This document shows, in pieces, positions 48,852 to 62,866 of a stretch of 64,000 nt of DNA. The notes beneath the pieces were generated by a model that saw only the letters and a list, made by a program, of their open reading frames with translations, had not been told where the DNA came from and did no database searches. Position 1 is the stretch's first letter. The number at the start of each line of letters is the position of its first letter. The position numbers and the translations under genes were made by a program. The stretch is from Squalus acanthias (lineage: Eukaryota): assembly GCA_030390025.1 (NCBI GenBank), contig CM059432.1, positions 132,744,001 to 132,808,000 on the forward strand. The letters are read 5' to 3'.

Positions 48852-49784
48852 TAGGAATGCAGAAACCAACAGAGGCTCAGGAGGGGCACTAAACATTTTG
48901 GAGATTGTGTTTGAGTAATCAGGCACTATTTTTTTTGCGTTTTAATTGGCCTTCAGGCAGAAACGGTCTCCATGAGATGGGAATAGAGTCACAAAGTCTA
49001 ACAAACGTTTTCATTTAAAAAAACAAATATGCAGTAAGTACATGTGGAGGAGTACTTTGTACTGAGAGTTCTTTTCTTTGTCCTTCTTTTATTTTTTTTG
49101 TTATTGAAGAGTTGAAGTATTTTTATGCTTCACCTTGCATCAAAATGTAATCCCTCCCCTGAATAACTCTCTTATTTGTAGATGTGAACTACCTCCCTCC
49201 CTCCTGAGGAGAGCGTTTAGCTCGACAAACCAATTGAAGTCTGGGAAGTTGCGAGGGCTGTTAGGACTCTACGTACCTGAAAGCACTGGGTTCTGGTGGC
49301 TTTATTAAAACCTTGCAACTTTGTTAGCTCCTGTGCTCTTGAGAATGTCTAATTGCTCCTGGGATCAATCCTGATTCTTCAGCATGGCACGAATTATACT
49401 TTATCCTGAAAGGAAGAATTCCCCTATAATGTGGGATTTTCTAAGACTGAAAAATGATGGCTGAAGTATTGTTACTTGATTGGAGGCTGCCTTCCTCTGT
49501 TTAATTTTTAAGGTGCAATTATTGCAAACTTAAGGGACAGAATCAAACCTGTGAATTTTTAAGGTGGGATTTGGAAAGCGGAAGTTGTCTAAGGACAGCA
49601 CAAGATGGCTTGTTGATGTCTTGACCTGCTTTGAGTACAGCAGCTTTTAATACTGTGCCATCTTGTTGGCTATCCATTCCATTCCCTACATTCACTCCAC
49701 CGTCTCCCTGCTACTTTTTCCTATCACTGTTAACAAACCTATACAATTCCATTGTCATTTTCTGGGCTCCGAAGCTAATGCTAC

Positions 49785-50415
49785 TTTTTTTTTATTCGTT
49801 TATGGGATGTGGGCGTCGCTGGCAAGGCCAGCATTTATTGCCCATCACTAATTGCCCTTGAGAAGGTGGTGGTGAGCCGCCTTCTTGAACCGCTGCAGTC
49901 CGTGTGGTGAAGGTACTCCCACAGTGCTGTTAGGGAGGGAGTTCCAGGATTTTGACCCAGCGATGATGAAGGATCGGCGATATACTTCCAAGTCAGGATG
50001 GTGTGTGACTTGGAGGGGAACTTGGAGGTGGTGGTGTTCTCATGCACCTGCTGCCCTTTTCCTTCTAGGTGGAAGAGGTCGCGGGTTTGGGAGGTGCTGC
50101 CGAAGAAGCCTTGGCGAGTTGCTGCAGTGCATCTTGTAGATGGTACACACTGCAGCCATGGTACGCCGGTGGTGGAGGGAGTGAATGTTTAAGGTGGTGG
50201 ATGGGGTGCTAATCAAGCGGGCTGCTTTGTCCTGGATGTTGTTGAGCTTCTTGAGTGTTGTTGGAGCTGCACTCATCCAGGCAAGTGGAGAGTATTCCAT
50301 CACACTCCTTACTTGTGCCTTGTAGATGGTGGAAAGGTTTTGGGGAGTCAGGAGGTGAGACACTCGCCGCAGAATACCCAGCCTCTGATCTGCTCTTGTT
50401 GCCACAGTATTTATG
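49785..50415 (-). mobile_element. LINE family B 3' portion
   Basis: Reverse complement of 8430-9066; YKAQVRSVMEYSPLAW. Confidence 0.9.
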
Positions 50416-51639
50416 TGTTCTGCTATGATAACGTACGCCCACCTCCCTCAGTGATGAAAATACTGCTAAAAAAACACTGAGAACAATCTATTAGGGCGTT
50501 CACTGACAAGTTACATTAAAAACTTCTCTGGAAGATGATACTGCCAGCAATTAATCCTCATGCTGTCAACTAAGCCTTCTGGTTCTCACCATCTATTCTC
50601 AACCTGCAGCACAGCATTTGCTAATAGGGTCATCCAATCTCTCACTATATTGTAACACTGGATCATTTCCAAAGGACAATTCTACATTCATCCTACCTTT
50701 TGTGAGCAGACTTGGCATTGATCATTTTACCACAGGATTATTTCTCTCTGCAGCAAAAAGAGCAGCAATTGCAAAAGCTGCTTTCACTTTTAGGTCTTTT
50801 ATTTTCAAACTACAAGCTTGTGAAATACTTGACGCTGACTGACTGAAAGAGACTTTGTGACTTGGCATACTGTTGGGTGAGATGGGAAAGACAAATGATC
50901 TATCAGGAATACAGGGGTGGATTTCCCTTGCCTGTTGCTGGTGCACTTATTGAGCAGGAAAGGCGCTGGCAACTTTATTTTTGTGAGGAAAGTCGGGCGG
51001 AAGCCGTTCCCGCCTGATTTCCGCCTTTAACCAGCTTCCCGAGTTTCCTCGTGCTTCCGCAGCTCTCTCGGGATCTTCCTGCCGAGCCGCCACTGGCCTG
51101 GTCTGAATACCTCGAAGTGAGAGCCAGTGGCGAAGCACCTCCGCGGTTCCTGGATTTAGACCACCGCTGCACTCGGGGGGTCACTTACACCCAGCGCAAT
51201 GAGGACCAGCTGGCCAAGGTGGAAGTGAGCATTTCTGGAATCAGCAGAGGCTGAAGACCTTTCAATTCAGATTTCTGCAGGTAAGAAAAGATTTTTAAAG
51301 CATTTTTTCTTTTTTTTTTTGCCATTCTGTCTACAGTCACCTCCACTTGCTTCTGACTGTGTCTCGTAGGCCGGAATTTTCTGTACCTGGGTGGGTTGTG
51401 ACCCACTGCTTGTTCCATTCCGCTCCTCAGATCGACTTTCCGTTAATGGGGCCTATTAATGCAGCCTTGCGTGTTACCTGGCCTTATTAAATGGTGCGGG
51501 TCTGATGACATCATCGATGATGTGTTTTCAGCCGGGATAGTTAAAGGAGCCATGGCCACATTGCATTTGAAGGTTCATCTAGGAGTGTGCAGTCACTGTA
51601 CTGCACCATTGGAGTCTTTCAAACAGTGCCAGACAGGAC

Positions 51640-53400
51640 TGCACAGAGACAGAGGGCTGCACCCAGGTTCTCAGATGACTCCCTCCATATGCTTGTGGAG
51701 GGAGTGAGAGCACGCAGGGAGGTACTCTTCCCTTCGGATGGGCGGAAGAGACCTCCCCAGCAGACCAAAGGAGCCTGGCTCCAAATAGCAGAGGAGGTCA
51801 ACAGCAGGGATGTTGTGAAGAGGACCTGAGTACAGTGCCGGAAATGTTTCAATTATCTCATTAGATCAGGAAAGGTGAGTGCAAAGCCACACTCAACTTC
51901 ACCCTGCTGTGCCTCTCATCACATCCCCATCACTCTGCCTTCCCAACCCTGCTCCTGCACATCATTACTCACACCAACATACCTTGCATATCCACCCATC
52001 CCTCTCTCTATCTACATTATCACATCCCCATCTGACTTACCACCCCTCACACTCACCCTCATCCTAATGCAATCATACCAACGAACAACACACAAGGAGG
52101 CCATTTGGCATTGACACGACACTCCCTCATAGTCACCCTCTAAAGATGTTACCCATCCATTCCTTACACTCATTCCATCACTCTCACTCAAACTTCCCTT
52201 CTTTGCCTCCTTGCAGGAGAAGAGAGCCCACAGTAAGAGGGAGAGGGAGAGAACCGGAGGCGGCCCTCCATCATTGGCCACCTTAACTGCAGCAGAGGAG
52301 GTCGCCCTGGAAGTCTCAGGAGTCACAGAGCAGCTGGAGTTGGGAGACGGAGAGAGGGGGACATCTCAGCAACCTGGTGACAGAATTACATCTCATACAG
52401 CCACATGGCATACAGCAGTCACTCATATGGGGACTGATGTCAGCAGCCAGTGAATGGTCATCATGTGCATAATGGTATCTGTACCCATTCTTAATATCAC
52501 ATTTCTAACTCATCTTTTTACTTTCCCACCGGTCCATCAAGAGCCCCCCAGCACCCCCCACTGTCCAGGAGGAAGAGGAAGACGATTCCTCAGAGGAGCC
52601 TCCAGCCTCTGAGGGTGCACCATCACCAGACAGAAGCGCGCCCAGCACCAGCGCAGATACACACACCTCGGTGGGTCCCACGCGAGATAGAGTAGTGTTG
52701 TCACCTGGTGTCTCACAAGTCACCAGTGAGCAAGAGGAGGTGGTGGAGACAGGGACAGCAGTGGAGAGTCCTCGCAGAGGGCACAGGATGCTCCCAGCTC
52801 TGCTCAGCTGCATGCAGACACTGAGCCTCGGGGGCCATCCAGAAAGTGGGCAATCCTGGAGGTGCAGCAAGAAGTTTGACAAGTTTAGCGACTGCGATGT
52901 CTACAAGTGTGCAGAGAATGGAGGAGTCCATCTCCAACATGAGCACCACCGTGTCGCAGGCGATGGCGACTGTAGGCTCTTCCATGGATAGGATGGCCAC
53001 CAGCATGGAGCAGCTAACGCGCCACTCACAGGAGCACATGGTCTCTATGGAGAATAGATGGCAGACACTCATAGACCTCCTCTCTAGGAGGGATGTAACC
53101 GTACACTTGGGTCCTCATGGCCCCACTGCTGTGCGGCAAGGTACTCTCCAGCTCCTTCCTAGCAGGGAAATGCGGGTGGCCCATGAGAGAGATGATGGTG
53201 AGAGGGAAGAGGGATGTGTGAGCTCCTCTCAAAGTGCTCACACTTCTTCCCCCGTTGCCTCCCTCTCAGTCAGAGTCCCACATGCCTCCTGGGATTGCGA
53301 TGGCCGAGTCTGCCTCTGCACAGTCATGATACCATTATGCACACCTCTGCTGAAGTCACAGGGTTGCACCTCGTAGAAGTACGCGTAAGAGAAAGATGAC
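51640..53400 (+). pseudogene. Harbinger Myb/SANT-like DNA-binding protein gene, spliced
   Basis: RAAPRFSDDSLHMLVEGV...AWLQIAEEVNS...KRT*VQCRKCFNYL; donor gtgagt at 51875, acceptor ttgcag ending 52216, EKRAHSKRERERTGGGPP; in-frame TGA at 51827; 3' extent approximate. Confidence 0.85.
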
Positions 53401-53708
53401 ACACAAGTAGATACACAAGGGTATTCACTTGGGTGTTTTAATAACTGTTTGTGTGAAGTTTACGTTAATCTGATGTCACAGATAAAAATTCTTATTTTCA
53501 CTATTTTCCAGTCATGGCCAATTGTGTCTGCAACTTTGGAAGTGGTTTAGTGAGTTGGAGTGAATGGTGAAACATAACGTTACCTCCAACAATGGCGGTC
53601 AGTGTGAAAGGAATGTCCTGGTCATTGTAGGGATGCTTTATGGTGTTGCTGTGGTGTGTTGGGAGCCTGGCACAGCATGTGGCAGCCACATGGGTGTAAT
53701 GCATGAAG

Positions 53709-54914
53709 TTAATTAATCTGGCCATGATGAGGCCATCTCTGGCCTCCTGGGCAGCAATGTGCTCGAGTGCTGGTGGGATCTGGACCGTAGATCTCCTGCT
53801 CCTCCACCTCCTTGTCTTGCAGTTGATGTTCCTCCTCCTCCTCCTCTGAAGAGACTGTGCGGTCAGAGCCTTGCTCCTCATGCAGCGCTAATCCTCGCTG
53901 CTGCGCTATGTTGTGCAGGTCACAGCAGACCACGATGATTCTGGAGACCCTGCTGGTGCGTACTGAAGGGCTCCTCCAGATCTGTCAAGGCATCTGAAGC
54001 GCATTTTCAGCATGCCTACTTTCTGTTCTATGACACATTTGGTGGAAATGTGGCTTTCATTATATCTCTCCTCGGCCTCAGTACTTGGCCTTATCAAGGG
54101 TGTCATGAGCCATGTCTTCAGTGATAGCCCTTGTCTCCAAGCAGCCAACCGGAAAGATTGTTTGGAGGAGCAAAGAGCTGAGGGAGGGTGGAATGGCACA
54201 GCACGAAAGAGTCATGGCAGCTGCCAGGGAATTTTCCTGATGATCTTCCTATGGTTGGAGACGAGCTGCACATTGCAGTTAACAAAGACTCCTGGGTGAT
54301 GGTGGGGTGCCCTGATGGCCACATGTGTGCAGTCGATGACGCCCAGCACCCGTGGGAAGCCAGCCAGAGTGGAAAGCCGAGCGCCCGCTCAGTAACACTG
54401 GCTTCATCGGTGGCAAAGTTGATATAATTGGCTGACTTGTCAAACAGGTATCGGTGACCTGTGTGATGCATCTGTGGGCGGCCGACTGCGAGATGTCACA
54501 AATGTCTGCTGCAGATCCCTGGAAGGAGCTGGAGGCAAAGAAGTTGAGGGCGCTGGTGACTTTGACAGCCACTGGTAAGGCATGTTCACCTGCTCCTCTG
54601 GGCTGCAGGTCGTGCTCCAGCTATCTGCAAATGTCTGCGACGACCTGGAGCGATAGCCTGAGCCTCCTTTGGCACTGTTGCTCAGTCATGTTGAGGAAGC
54701 TCATCCTCTGCCCGTATACCCTGTGTTGGGGGTATCGCCTCCGGCGCGGTGCAGCCCTGCGCTGATGCCCTCTGTCCTGTGCAGCATCAGGTGGTTGGGG
54801 AGAAGGTTGGTGGTGTTGTTGTTGGTGCTGCTGCTGTGCCTGGTGCTGCTGGTTTTGGGGCTCCTCCTGGTGAGATTCTGAGGACCAAGGTGAGACAGTA
54901 TAAATGGCACTCAT
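53709..54914 (-). pseudogene. Harbinger DDE transposase (HARBI1-family)
   Basis: [73 protein letters not shown] across several frames. Confidence 0.92.
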
Positions 54915-55559
54915 GCTTATGTAATAGATGGCAGGTCAAGTAGAGATGACAGAAGCAATCTGTCAATGGTGTGATAGGTTCTATCAGTGAGATGACAGTG
55001 GACCACGACTTTGCTGAAAAGACTTGTAATCTCTAGAAAGCTAAATCTGTGCTGACAAGGCACTCAGCAACAGCATCTGCCTTAGCAAAGTAACCAGGTG
55101 TCAGGTGGGTGTATTTATTCTGCTTTCCATGCTGTGCATTAATGAGCTGGATCAATGGCCACTGAACTTCCACCTCAGGTTCACAGATGTGTTTCCCGAG
55201 CTGTGTGATTCCCATAGCCATCCAGGGAAATTTGAAAAGTGGGGTTAAAAAGATGCTTAAGGTCTGACAAGAACCTAATAATCATCTGAATTAGCTCGGC
55301 CGTCTCTGCCGTTTGGGTTGCTGCCGTGCTGGCAAATGCGCCCGAAGGAAAGGCGTGTGGGGGCCGGATGACGGCTGGTTCCCAACCCACTCCAAGTTAT
55401 TTCAAATTTCCCTCCTGACCCACCTCCAATCCCGCCCGCACGGACCCCAGAAAAGTCAGCCATAGGATTGGACCACCGGCAGATTTTCGGGCCGCTCTGT
55501 CCAAACCGCCTACCCACAGTCAGGCCTTCTCAGGAGCAGGTATGGCATTCCCTATGACC

Positions 55560-56600
55560 ACCTATTCTCCTGCTTCCACTAGGTGCCACCTGAGGGTCAG
55601 GGACACAGGAGATGGTTGGCTGCTCCTCTCATTTTTCTCCTTGGCAGTTTGATGTCACCTCCCATATTCCACTGGTGTAGTGTGATGAGGGGAAGGTGGG
55701 TGGAGGCTGGGCATGTGCTGCTGTCCTGTGAGATGGCAGTATCATGCAGCCCTGACTTCTGGGTGGATTGATTCTCGTTATTCTCTCTTCGCCATCAACA
55801 TCTTTCCTCTTCCTGTGCCACCTGTTACTGTAGCGGATCTGCAGGAAGGAGGGTAGAAGCTAAGAATGGGTGACCATAAACCCCTTAAGTAGACATAAAA
55901 AGGGGGGTGGAAGGTTGTGTCTGTATGGTGCTTCACAGGGCAAAGGTGTAGGCGCTCGGTCAGTAACCTGGAACTGACGAGATGCTGCTGACATCGCCAT
56001 CTTCCATGGCAAGACATGAGTGTCTCCCCATAAGCTCCATGTCCTTCTCCTTGAAGGGGGAAATGGGTTTAACGGTGGGGATGCCCTCCAGTGGCCTGCC
56101 TTTGGCGGGCATGATTTGCCAATTTGTCCGACAAGAAGATAGAGTAAATGAGAAATAATGAGAATAAGGTTAGCAGTTGAGTAGTCTGTGCCAACTGAAG
56201 TAGGAGATGTGGGTGTATGAGGCTGTTAAACTGGAGGAAGGGGTTTTAGGGTTGTGCATGTGCATAATAGCTGTGGGGGAGCTGGGTAGCTATAGTGCAA
56301 GATGCCAAGTAACTCCCTCCTCAACCAGAAAGCACTGTGAAGGGTTGGTTGGGCAAGTGTTACTTGAAGAGTGTGCTGGCATCCAGGATGGGCAAGGAAG
56401 AAAAGGGAGAGGTGTGCAGTGCCTACCTGCCTTGCTAAGGATGTGAAACTTTTTACAGCACTCCTCTGTAGTTCCGGGGTGAAGGAGTTGGCACTCCAGG
56501 TGGCAGGAGTGATAATTCTGGGAGACTTGGTGGCACCCATTACCCGGGAGTCTGCTCATCATGCCTTCCTGCAGTCAAAACTCCAGGACAAATGGTTATG
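55560..56600 (-). pseudogene. Second, heavily decayed Harbinger Myb-like gene
   Basis: TTEECCKKFHILSKAG followed by gtagg (~56425), then DKLANHARQRQATGGHP (~56130-56080), paralleling the exon structure at 51875/52217. Confidence 0.55.
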
Positions 56601-56824
56601 ATTTTATCCCCCCCCCCACCCACCTTTTAAAAGTATTTTATTTTTCTTCACTGCTGTTTCTTTTGGCTGCGTCGTGTCCACTAGTGTACGGTTGTACAGA
56701 CAACATAGGGAAGTAGGAGGTGTAATTGGACACCAGTCACCCAGTATTCTGCCTGGATTGTGAAATTTGATCCAGTCAGTGGCAGTCAGGCTGGAGGCAG
56801 GCAGTGCAGTCATCAAGCTCTATG

Positions 56825-57455
56825 CTAACACTCCTGAGCTTAGACAATGCACAGTGCTGACAGTCCCGAGTTCAGACAATGCACAGCACTAACACTCTTC
56901 AGTTCAGACAACAACAACAACAACTTGCATTTATACAGCGCCGTTAACATAGTAAAACATCCCAAGGTGCTTCACAGGAGTGTTTTCAAACAAAATTTGA
57001 CACCGAGCCACATAAGGAGATATTAGGACTTGGAAATATATCACTGTTTCTTCATCGTCATTGGGTCAAAATCCTGGAACTCCCTCCCTAACAGCATTAT
57101 TGGAGTACCTTCACCACAAGGACTGCAGCGGTTCAAGAAGGCGGCTCACCATTACCTTCACAAGGGCAATTAGGGATGGGCAATAAATGCTGGCCTTACC
57201 AGTGATGCCCAGATCCCAGGAACGAATAAAAAAAAGTACATGTGACCAAAATCTTGGTCAAAGATGTAGATTTTAAGGAGCGTGTGAAAGGAGGAGAAAG
57301 AGGTAGAGAGACGGAGAGGTTTAGGGAGGGAATTCCAGAGTTTTGCGCCAGGCAGCTGAAGGCAGGGCCGCCAATGGTGGAGCGATGAAAATCGGGGATG
57401 TGCAAGAGGCCAGAATTGGAGGAGCGCAGTGTTCACACTCCCAACTTCAGACAAA
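56825..57455. repeat. 32-bp minisatellite interrupted by L2 (56908-57430, -), itself split by LINE B tail (57030-57235, +)
   Basis: Units ending agacaa at ~56846, 56879, 56911 and again ~57454. Confidence 0.75.
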
Positions 57456-58469
57456 GTTGCCAATCACTCCATTTTTGGTAGGTTCTCTTGTGCTTCTCAC
57501 CATGCCATAGCTGAGAGCAATGGCAGACAGGTCACCTGTTCCCAGGCCTCTCCCAATTCTACTCTTCATCTAATTGCTAATGTGTAGACAAATGGCCCTG
57601 GGTGACCTATTCTCCAGTTTCTGGTCTCTTGATGAGAACGCAGAAAATAATTGTTGAAGAGGTGGGTTTTAGGAGGTTGCTGAAGGCGGTGAAGCAAACG
57701 AGCAGCCATCCAGAGTCAGAGTGGGCGGGGATGTAGAGCTGGGAAAGATCTTGCACATAGAGCGAAGTGACACCATTTACAGCAAGTTCCAGTCTGGCAG
57801 TGGAGAAATGGGTGATTCTCTATCCATAGCAACCAACAAAGAAGCAGAGAATCTGGCAGCAAGCATGAATATCACTGACCTGCTTCCCTTGTCAATCAGT
57901 CTGCCCATTCTTGGCATTACTCTTTAGCTCAGAAATAAATGGAATTAAACCTGCTGGCACCTGAGTATTGCCACTACTGCCAGGTGAAAAACAGCAGTGG
58001 TGGTAGTACTGCTCTCAATACTGGTGAGAAAATTGTACCCACCATATGTTTTACAGTGCTGATGTAACAACTCAGGTATAATATTGTACACATTAAAATT
58101 TTACAGAATGTAATATTTCAACGTGTTAAAGATTGGGATCTGCTCAAATAAATTTCTGGTAGACGCAATTAATTATGGTACAGGGTCTCGGCAATTCTTA
58201 CAGAGAGATTGCTATTATGCACGATAACATTTGAGTGCAGACGATTCAAAGAGCCCTAATGATTTCAGCACTGAGCTACCTTCTCAGGAATGGCTCACAT
58301 CACAGTGGTAATCACTGTTGAATGGAGATTTGAAATTTGAATTGACTGCCAGACTGAACAGATTGGAGAGAGTTCTCCTTTTTCTTCATGCAAAGACTAA
58401 TCCGAGTATTTTGTGCATTTTCTTGAGCTTCATTTCTTGAATGCTAACTAACCACCAGGCAAAATGCAG

Positions 58470-58872
58470 AAAAAGAAAGAAAGACTTGCATTTATACAGC
58501 GCCTTTCATGACCACCGGACGTCTCAAAGCGCTTTACAGCCAATGAAGTACTTTTGGAGTGTAGTCACTGTTGTAATGTAGGAAACGCAGCAGCCAATTT
58601 GCGCATAGCAGGTCCCACAAACAGCAATGTGATAATGACCAGATAATCTGTTTTTGTTATGTTGATTGAGGGATGAATATTGGCCAGGACACCAGGGATA
58701 ACTCCCCTGCTCTTCTTCGAAATAGTGCCACGGGATCTTTTACGTCCACTTGAGAGAGCAGACGGGGCCTCGGTTTAACGTCTCATCCAAAAGACGGCAC
58801 CTCCGACAGTGCAGCACTCCCTCAGCACTGCGCTGGAGTGTCAGCCTGGGTTTTTGTGCTCAAATCCCTGGA
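58470..58872 (-). mobile_element. SacSINE1-like SINE lacking its head
   Basis: Highly similar to 38790-39180. Confidence 0.9.
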
Positions 58873-59299
58873 TCGGCTCTCTGAGGTCTGTGTTCCAGGT
58901 GTTAGGTCAATGAATGTGGGTGACTGCAATCCTAAACATTAAATTCAAAAGCATACAAAGAGGATAGTTTAGCAGTTTATTGTACTTTGTGTTCAGGAAA
59001 TAGTAAGACTGTTATGTACTTGCCTATTTTATAGTGCGTTGTTCTAATGGCAGTGTGTAATAGGGTGGTTATGTTCCATGTTACATCGTGCATTAAGGGA
59101 ATGTCCAGGTATTGCTACTCCTGTTTGCAAGTACTCAAATAAGGCTGTCCCTTCCTTCTTAAGATAAGTTGAGAACATATATGTAAATAAGGTAATGTGC
59201 TGGAGCTCAAAGAGAATATTTGTTGAATGCTTAGCTTGCAGTCTGACATCTCTTCTTCAAGCCAACCTGTCAAGTTGAGCTTTTCAAATATTAATTAGC

Positions 59300-59403
59300 A
59301 TATGTGGCTCGGTGTCAAATTTTTGTTTGATAATGCTCCTGTGAAGCGCCTTGGGATGTTTCACTATGTGAAAGGTGCTATATAAACGCAAGGTGTTGTT
59401 GTT
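59300..59403 (+). mobile_element. L2 3' UTR fragment
   Basis: Matches 25483-25590. Confidence 0.8.
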
Positions 59404-59764
59404 GAAATCCTTTTGTCTGCTATTTGAAATGGATTACTGCTCCTGTTAATTAGCAGACAAAGACAATTATACAGAAACGTTAAACATTTGCTGGCTGAAA
59501 TTCAAAGACCTATTTTCTTTATGTTGTTAAAAAAAAACCTGCTTTTTGAATTACAGTTGCGCCTTACACTTGAATTTGAATTTGACAGAGGGGGAGAGTT
59601 GTGAGTATTGTTGATTGGCATGGAAACATGATCACAGAAAGCCACAAGCAACCTCAAATATGATTAGTTTCATCATGTCAAAGAAAAAGTCTATCTTAAG
59701 AAGTTTGATCTCCAGAGGGATAAAATTGCACTGCAAGTAACAGATTAAATGCTTGAAAAAGATT

Positions 59765-60137
59765 CATAAAGAATCCTAAAATGACACAGCACAGAAGGAG
59801 GCCATTCAGCCCATCATGCCTGTGCCGGCTCTTTGAAAGAGCTAACCTGTGAGTCCCACTCCCCGGCTCTTTCCCCATGGCCCAGCAAATGTCTCCTTTT
59901 CAAGTATATATCCAATTCCCTTTTGAAAGTTACTATTGAATCTGCTTCCACCACCCTTTCAGGCAGTTCATTCCAGATCATAACAACTCGTTGCATTAGA
60001 AAACATTATCTCCCCACTGGATATTTTGCCAATTATCTTAACTCTGTGTCCTCTGGTTGCTGACCCTCCTGCCAGTGGAAACAGTTTCTCCCTATCTACC
60101 CTATTAAAACCCCTCATCATTTTGAACATCTCTATTC
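59765..60137 (-). mobile_element. CR1 3' end
   Basis: QRVVMIWNELPERVVEADSIVTFKRELD. Confidence 0.88.
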
Positions 60138-60149
60138 TTAGTAAATTTT

Positions 60150-61197
60150 GGGCTGGATTTTCCTTCCAGTGGGGGTGGGTGTAGCAGTGGGGCAGGAATT
60201 ACGCCAGCCCCTGTGGACCCCACTGCAACCCCAACCCATTTTCCTGGGCCTGGTTATAAAGGGCAGGCTTCCAGCTGAAATCCCAGTGCCAAAAAGCAGC
60301 CCCCCAGAGCCAATGAGGAACATTTGGTGGTGCTGCAGCTGGACTGCAACCTCAGAACTGCAAGAGTTGACCATAGACTTTAGACAATCAGAAGAGCCCT
60401 GAAGGTGAAGGAAGCGGCAGCTCTGTAGGCCTTGGCTGATCTACATTGGCTCCCGGTTAAGCAACGCCTCGATTGTAAAATTCTCATCCGTGTTTTCAAA
60501 TCTCTCCATGGCCTCGCCCCTCCCTACCTCTTTAACCTCCTCCAGCACCACAACCCTCTGAGATCTCTGCACTCCTACAATTGTGGCCTCTTGTGCATCC
60601 CCAATTTTAATCGTTCCAGCATTAGTGGCCGTGCCTTCAGCTGCCTATGCCCTAAGCTCTGGAATTTCCTCCCTAAATCTCTCCGCCTCTCGACCTCTCT
60701 CTCCTCCTTTAAGACGCTTCTTAAAACCTACCTCTTTGACCAAGCTTTTGGTCATCTGCCCTAATATCTTCTTATGTGGTTCGGCGATAAATTTTGTTTG
60801 ATACTCACTCCTGTGAAGCGCCTTCGGACGTTTTACTATGTTAAAGGCGCTATATAAATACAAGTTGTTGTTATCATTGTTGGTCTCTACAGTAAGTGCA
60901 TAGGGGCCACATTGGAAGGAGAGAAGGCCTCTACTAGGTCCCCTCCCTCCATTGGTGGGTCCATCACCACTGCTATCGCAAACCACCTGCCACCTTCCAC
61001 CTGGCGAACCCTGGGAGCGATGGTAAGAGGGACAAGGTGGGAGCATAATGGGCCAAGAGGCCAGGCCCTACCTCCCCACCAACATTGACCTGCTGGGAGA
61101 GGGAGGTGGCAGTGGCACTACACCGCTCCATCTTCCCACCGTTTCCACTGCCATCCCTATTCTATTTCAGGCAGGATAATGCAGGGAAATCCAGCCC
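60150..61197. mobile_element. Non-autonomous Harbinger-type element with nested L2 (60431-60876, +)
   Basis: TIR gggctggattttcc / ggaaatccagccc; flanks ttt/ttc; L2 ORF 60432-60764. Confidence 0.75.
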
Positions 61198-61962
61198 TTC
61201 TTCTTATCTGTGTCAATCATTAACAGAATCCAACTCATGCAATTAGATTGCATTCAAAGCTCAAAGAGAATTTCGATTTTCTTTTCATTAGAATCTGTGA
61301 CAGCTCATAAGTGTGACACCACCAGTGAGAAACTGAATATGTGCTATAAAAACATTGAAAAGACAGTACATGCATTTACTTTTCATTAGTGAATTAATGG
61401 ATCATGGCTACTTGGAAAGTTAAATTAAATATGAATCACCTCAAGGCTTAAACAGGCGCTTATAGCATATGAGTGGCATGACAAGCTTCCTTAAATAAAT
61501 TATATTCTTAAATATTTGCATGCCTGTGTCTTTTTCTATCAGTCTTTTAATTGTCACTTGACAGCCTTTGCATAGCAAACTCTTAACCGCAAACATGTAT
61601 AGTCAGATATGAGCCTGTATGATTGACTGTCTCACTGACTCGGTTGCCTTGTTTACCACTTCAAATAGAAAAGCCCGATTTCTGTTTTTAATAATGCTGA
61701 CAGCTAAAGTGAATCCAAGCTATCTCTCAACTCAATCATAACAAAAGTGGAATCACAGAATTTCGCTTTGTGATTTAATATATCACATGATAGTTTTGCT
61801 TACAGAAAACATGCTGAGCTGAATACTGCTACTGTAAAAATACCGATCAAACAAACCAATTTCTTATTGATACAGTCTACATTGCATATATTATACATGT
61901 CAGGTATCATTAGGCAATCTATCATTTAGCATTGTTACTCAGATGCCATATCGTAAAACTAA

Positions 61963-62751
61963 GGGGGAGAAATTCGTCCTCCTTTGCACCTCCCGTGGGG
62001 GGCGCTAATCGGACGCAAAGGCCTTTTCGCCCGGGCGTGGTGCTGGCTGCGCCTCCCGACAAATTCCGCGATGGTTAGCGGCGGCACTACCGGGTTGCGC
62101 CGGAATCTCATGCGCCCAGAGATCATGACGTCATCTCCGGGCGCATCGCCCCGGTAGCGCCCCGGCACAAAAATTCCCCTTCGCCCCCATGCAGCAGCGC
62201 CGGGCGATGGCAGCGACTGCTGCAGGGGACGCGAGCAGGGCGGCCGGCCACTAGCGGGGTGGAGGTTAAAGGTGAGGTGGCCGGCCGCCCTGAAAAAAAG
62301 TCGGATTTTTAAAAAAACTTTTTTTTTTTGCGCCTCCAGACGCGGGGCCCGTGCCGCGATCGGTCAGCCCGGCACTCTGCTTGAGTGCCGGGCTGATCGC
62401 GCGGCACCCCTGCTCCCCGGTGGTCCAGGTAAGTTTAAAAAAAACTGCAGAGTTTGCAGCGTGGGGCCCTTCCCTTTAATTCAAGGAAGAGCCCCTGCAA
62501 CGCGATAGCGCCGCACTTGGCCACTTGTGGCGCTGCTGAGCACCTCGCCCTGGGTGCGCCCCAGGTCATGAACTTCCCCTCCCCTTGCGCTACAAGAAGA
62601 AAGTGGAGTTCTTGATATAGCGCTCCACTTCCCTCTTGGAGCAAAATAATGGGAATTTCAGAGAGGCTGGAAGAGGTTAGCGCCTGGCGCTAACTTTTCC
62701 AGCTTTTCTGATTTAGCGCCCCAAACAGGGCTCGAGGGGAATTTCTCCCCC
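61963..62751. mobile_element. Non-autonomous Harbinger element, family A2
   Basis: Perfect TIR gggggagaaattc / gaatttctccccc; canonical TSD TAA. Confidence 0.92.
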
Positions 62752-62866
62752 TAAATTTCTTGCCTAACCCGTCCCTTAGTCAGTGATATATAATAATGTT
62801 CCCTGGTCATGGAACTTTTCTCTTACCGATTGTCACTATTTTAGTGCAAGACTTTGTCAGCTTGAT

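Larger units (their letters stand above)
51369..55461. mobile_element. Two-gene PIF/Harbinger DNA transposon (decayed)
   Basis: Imperfect TIR ggccggaattttct / agaaaagtcagcc; flanks gta/ata; convergent Myb-like and transposase genes. Confidence 0.85.

Noticed and set aside
53709..54914. Host HARBI1 gene
   Set aside because: Multiple frameshifts and stops, TIR-bounded and paired with a Myb-like gene: a transposon copy, not the domesticated gene.
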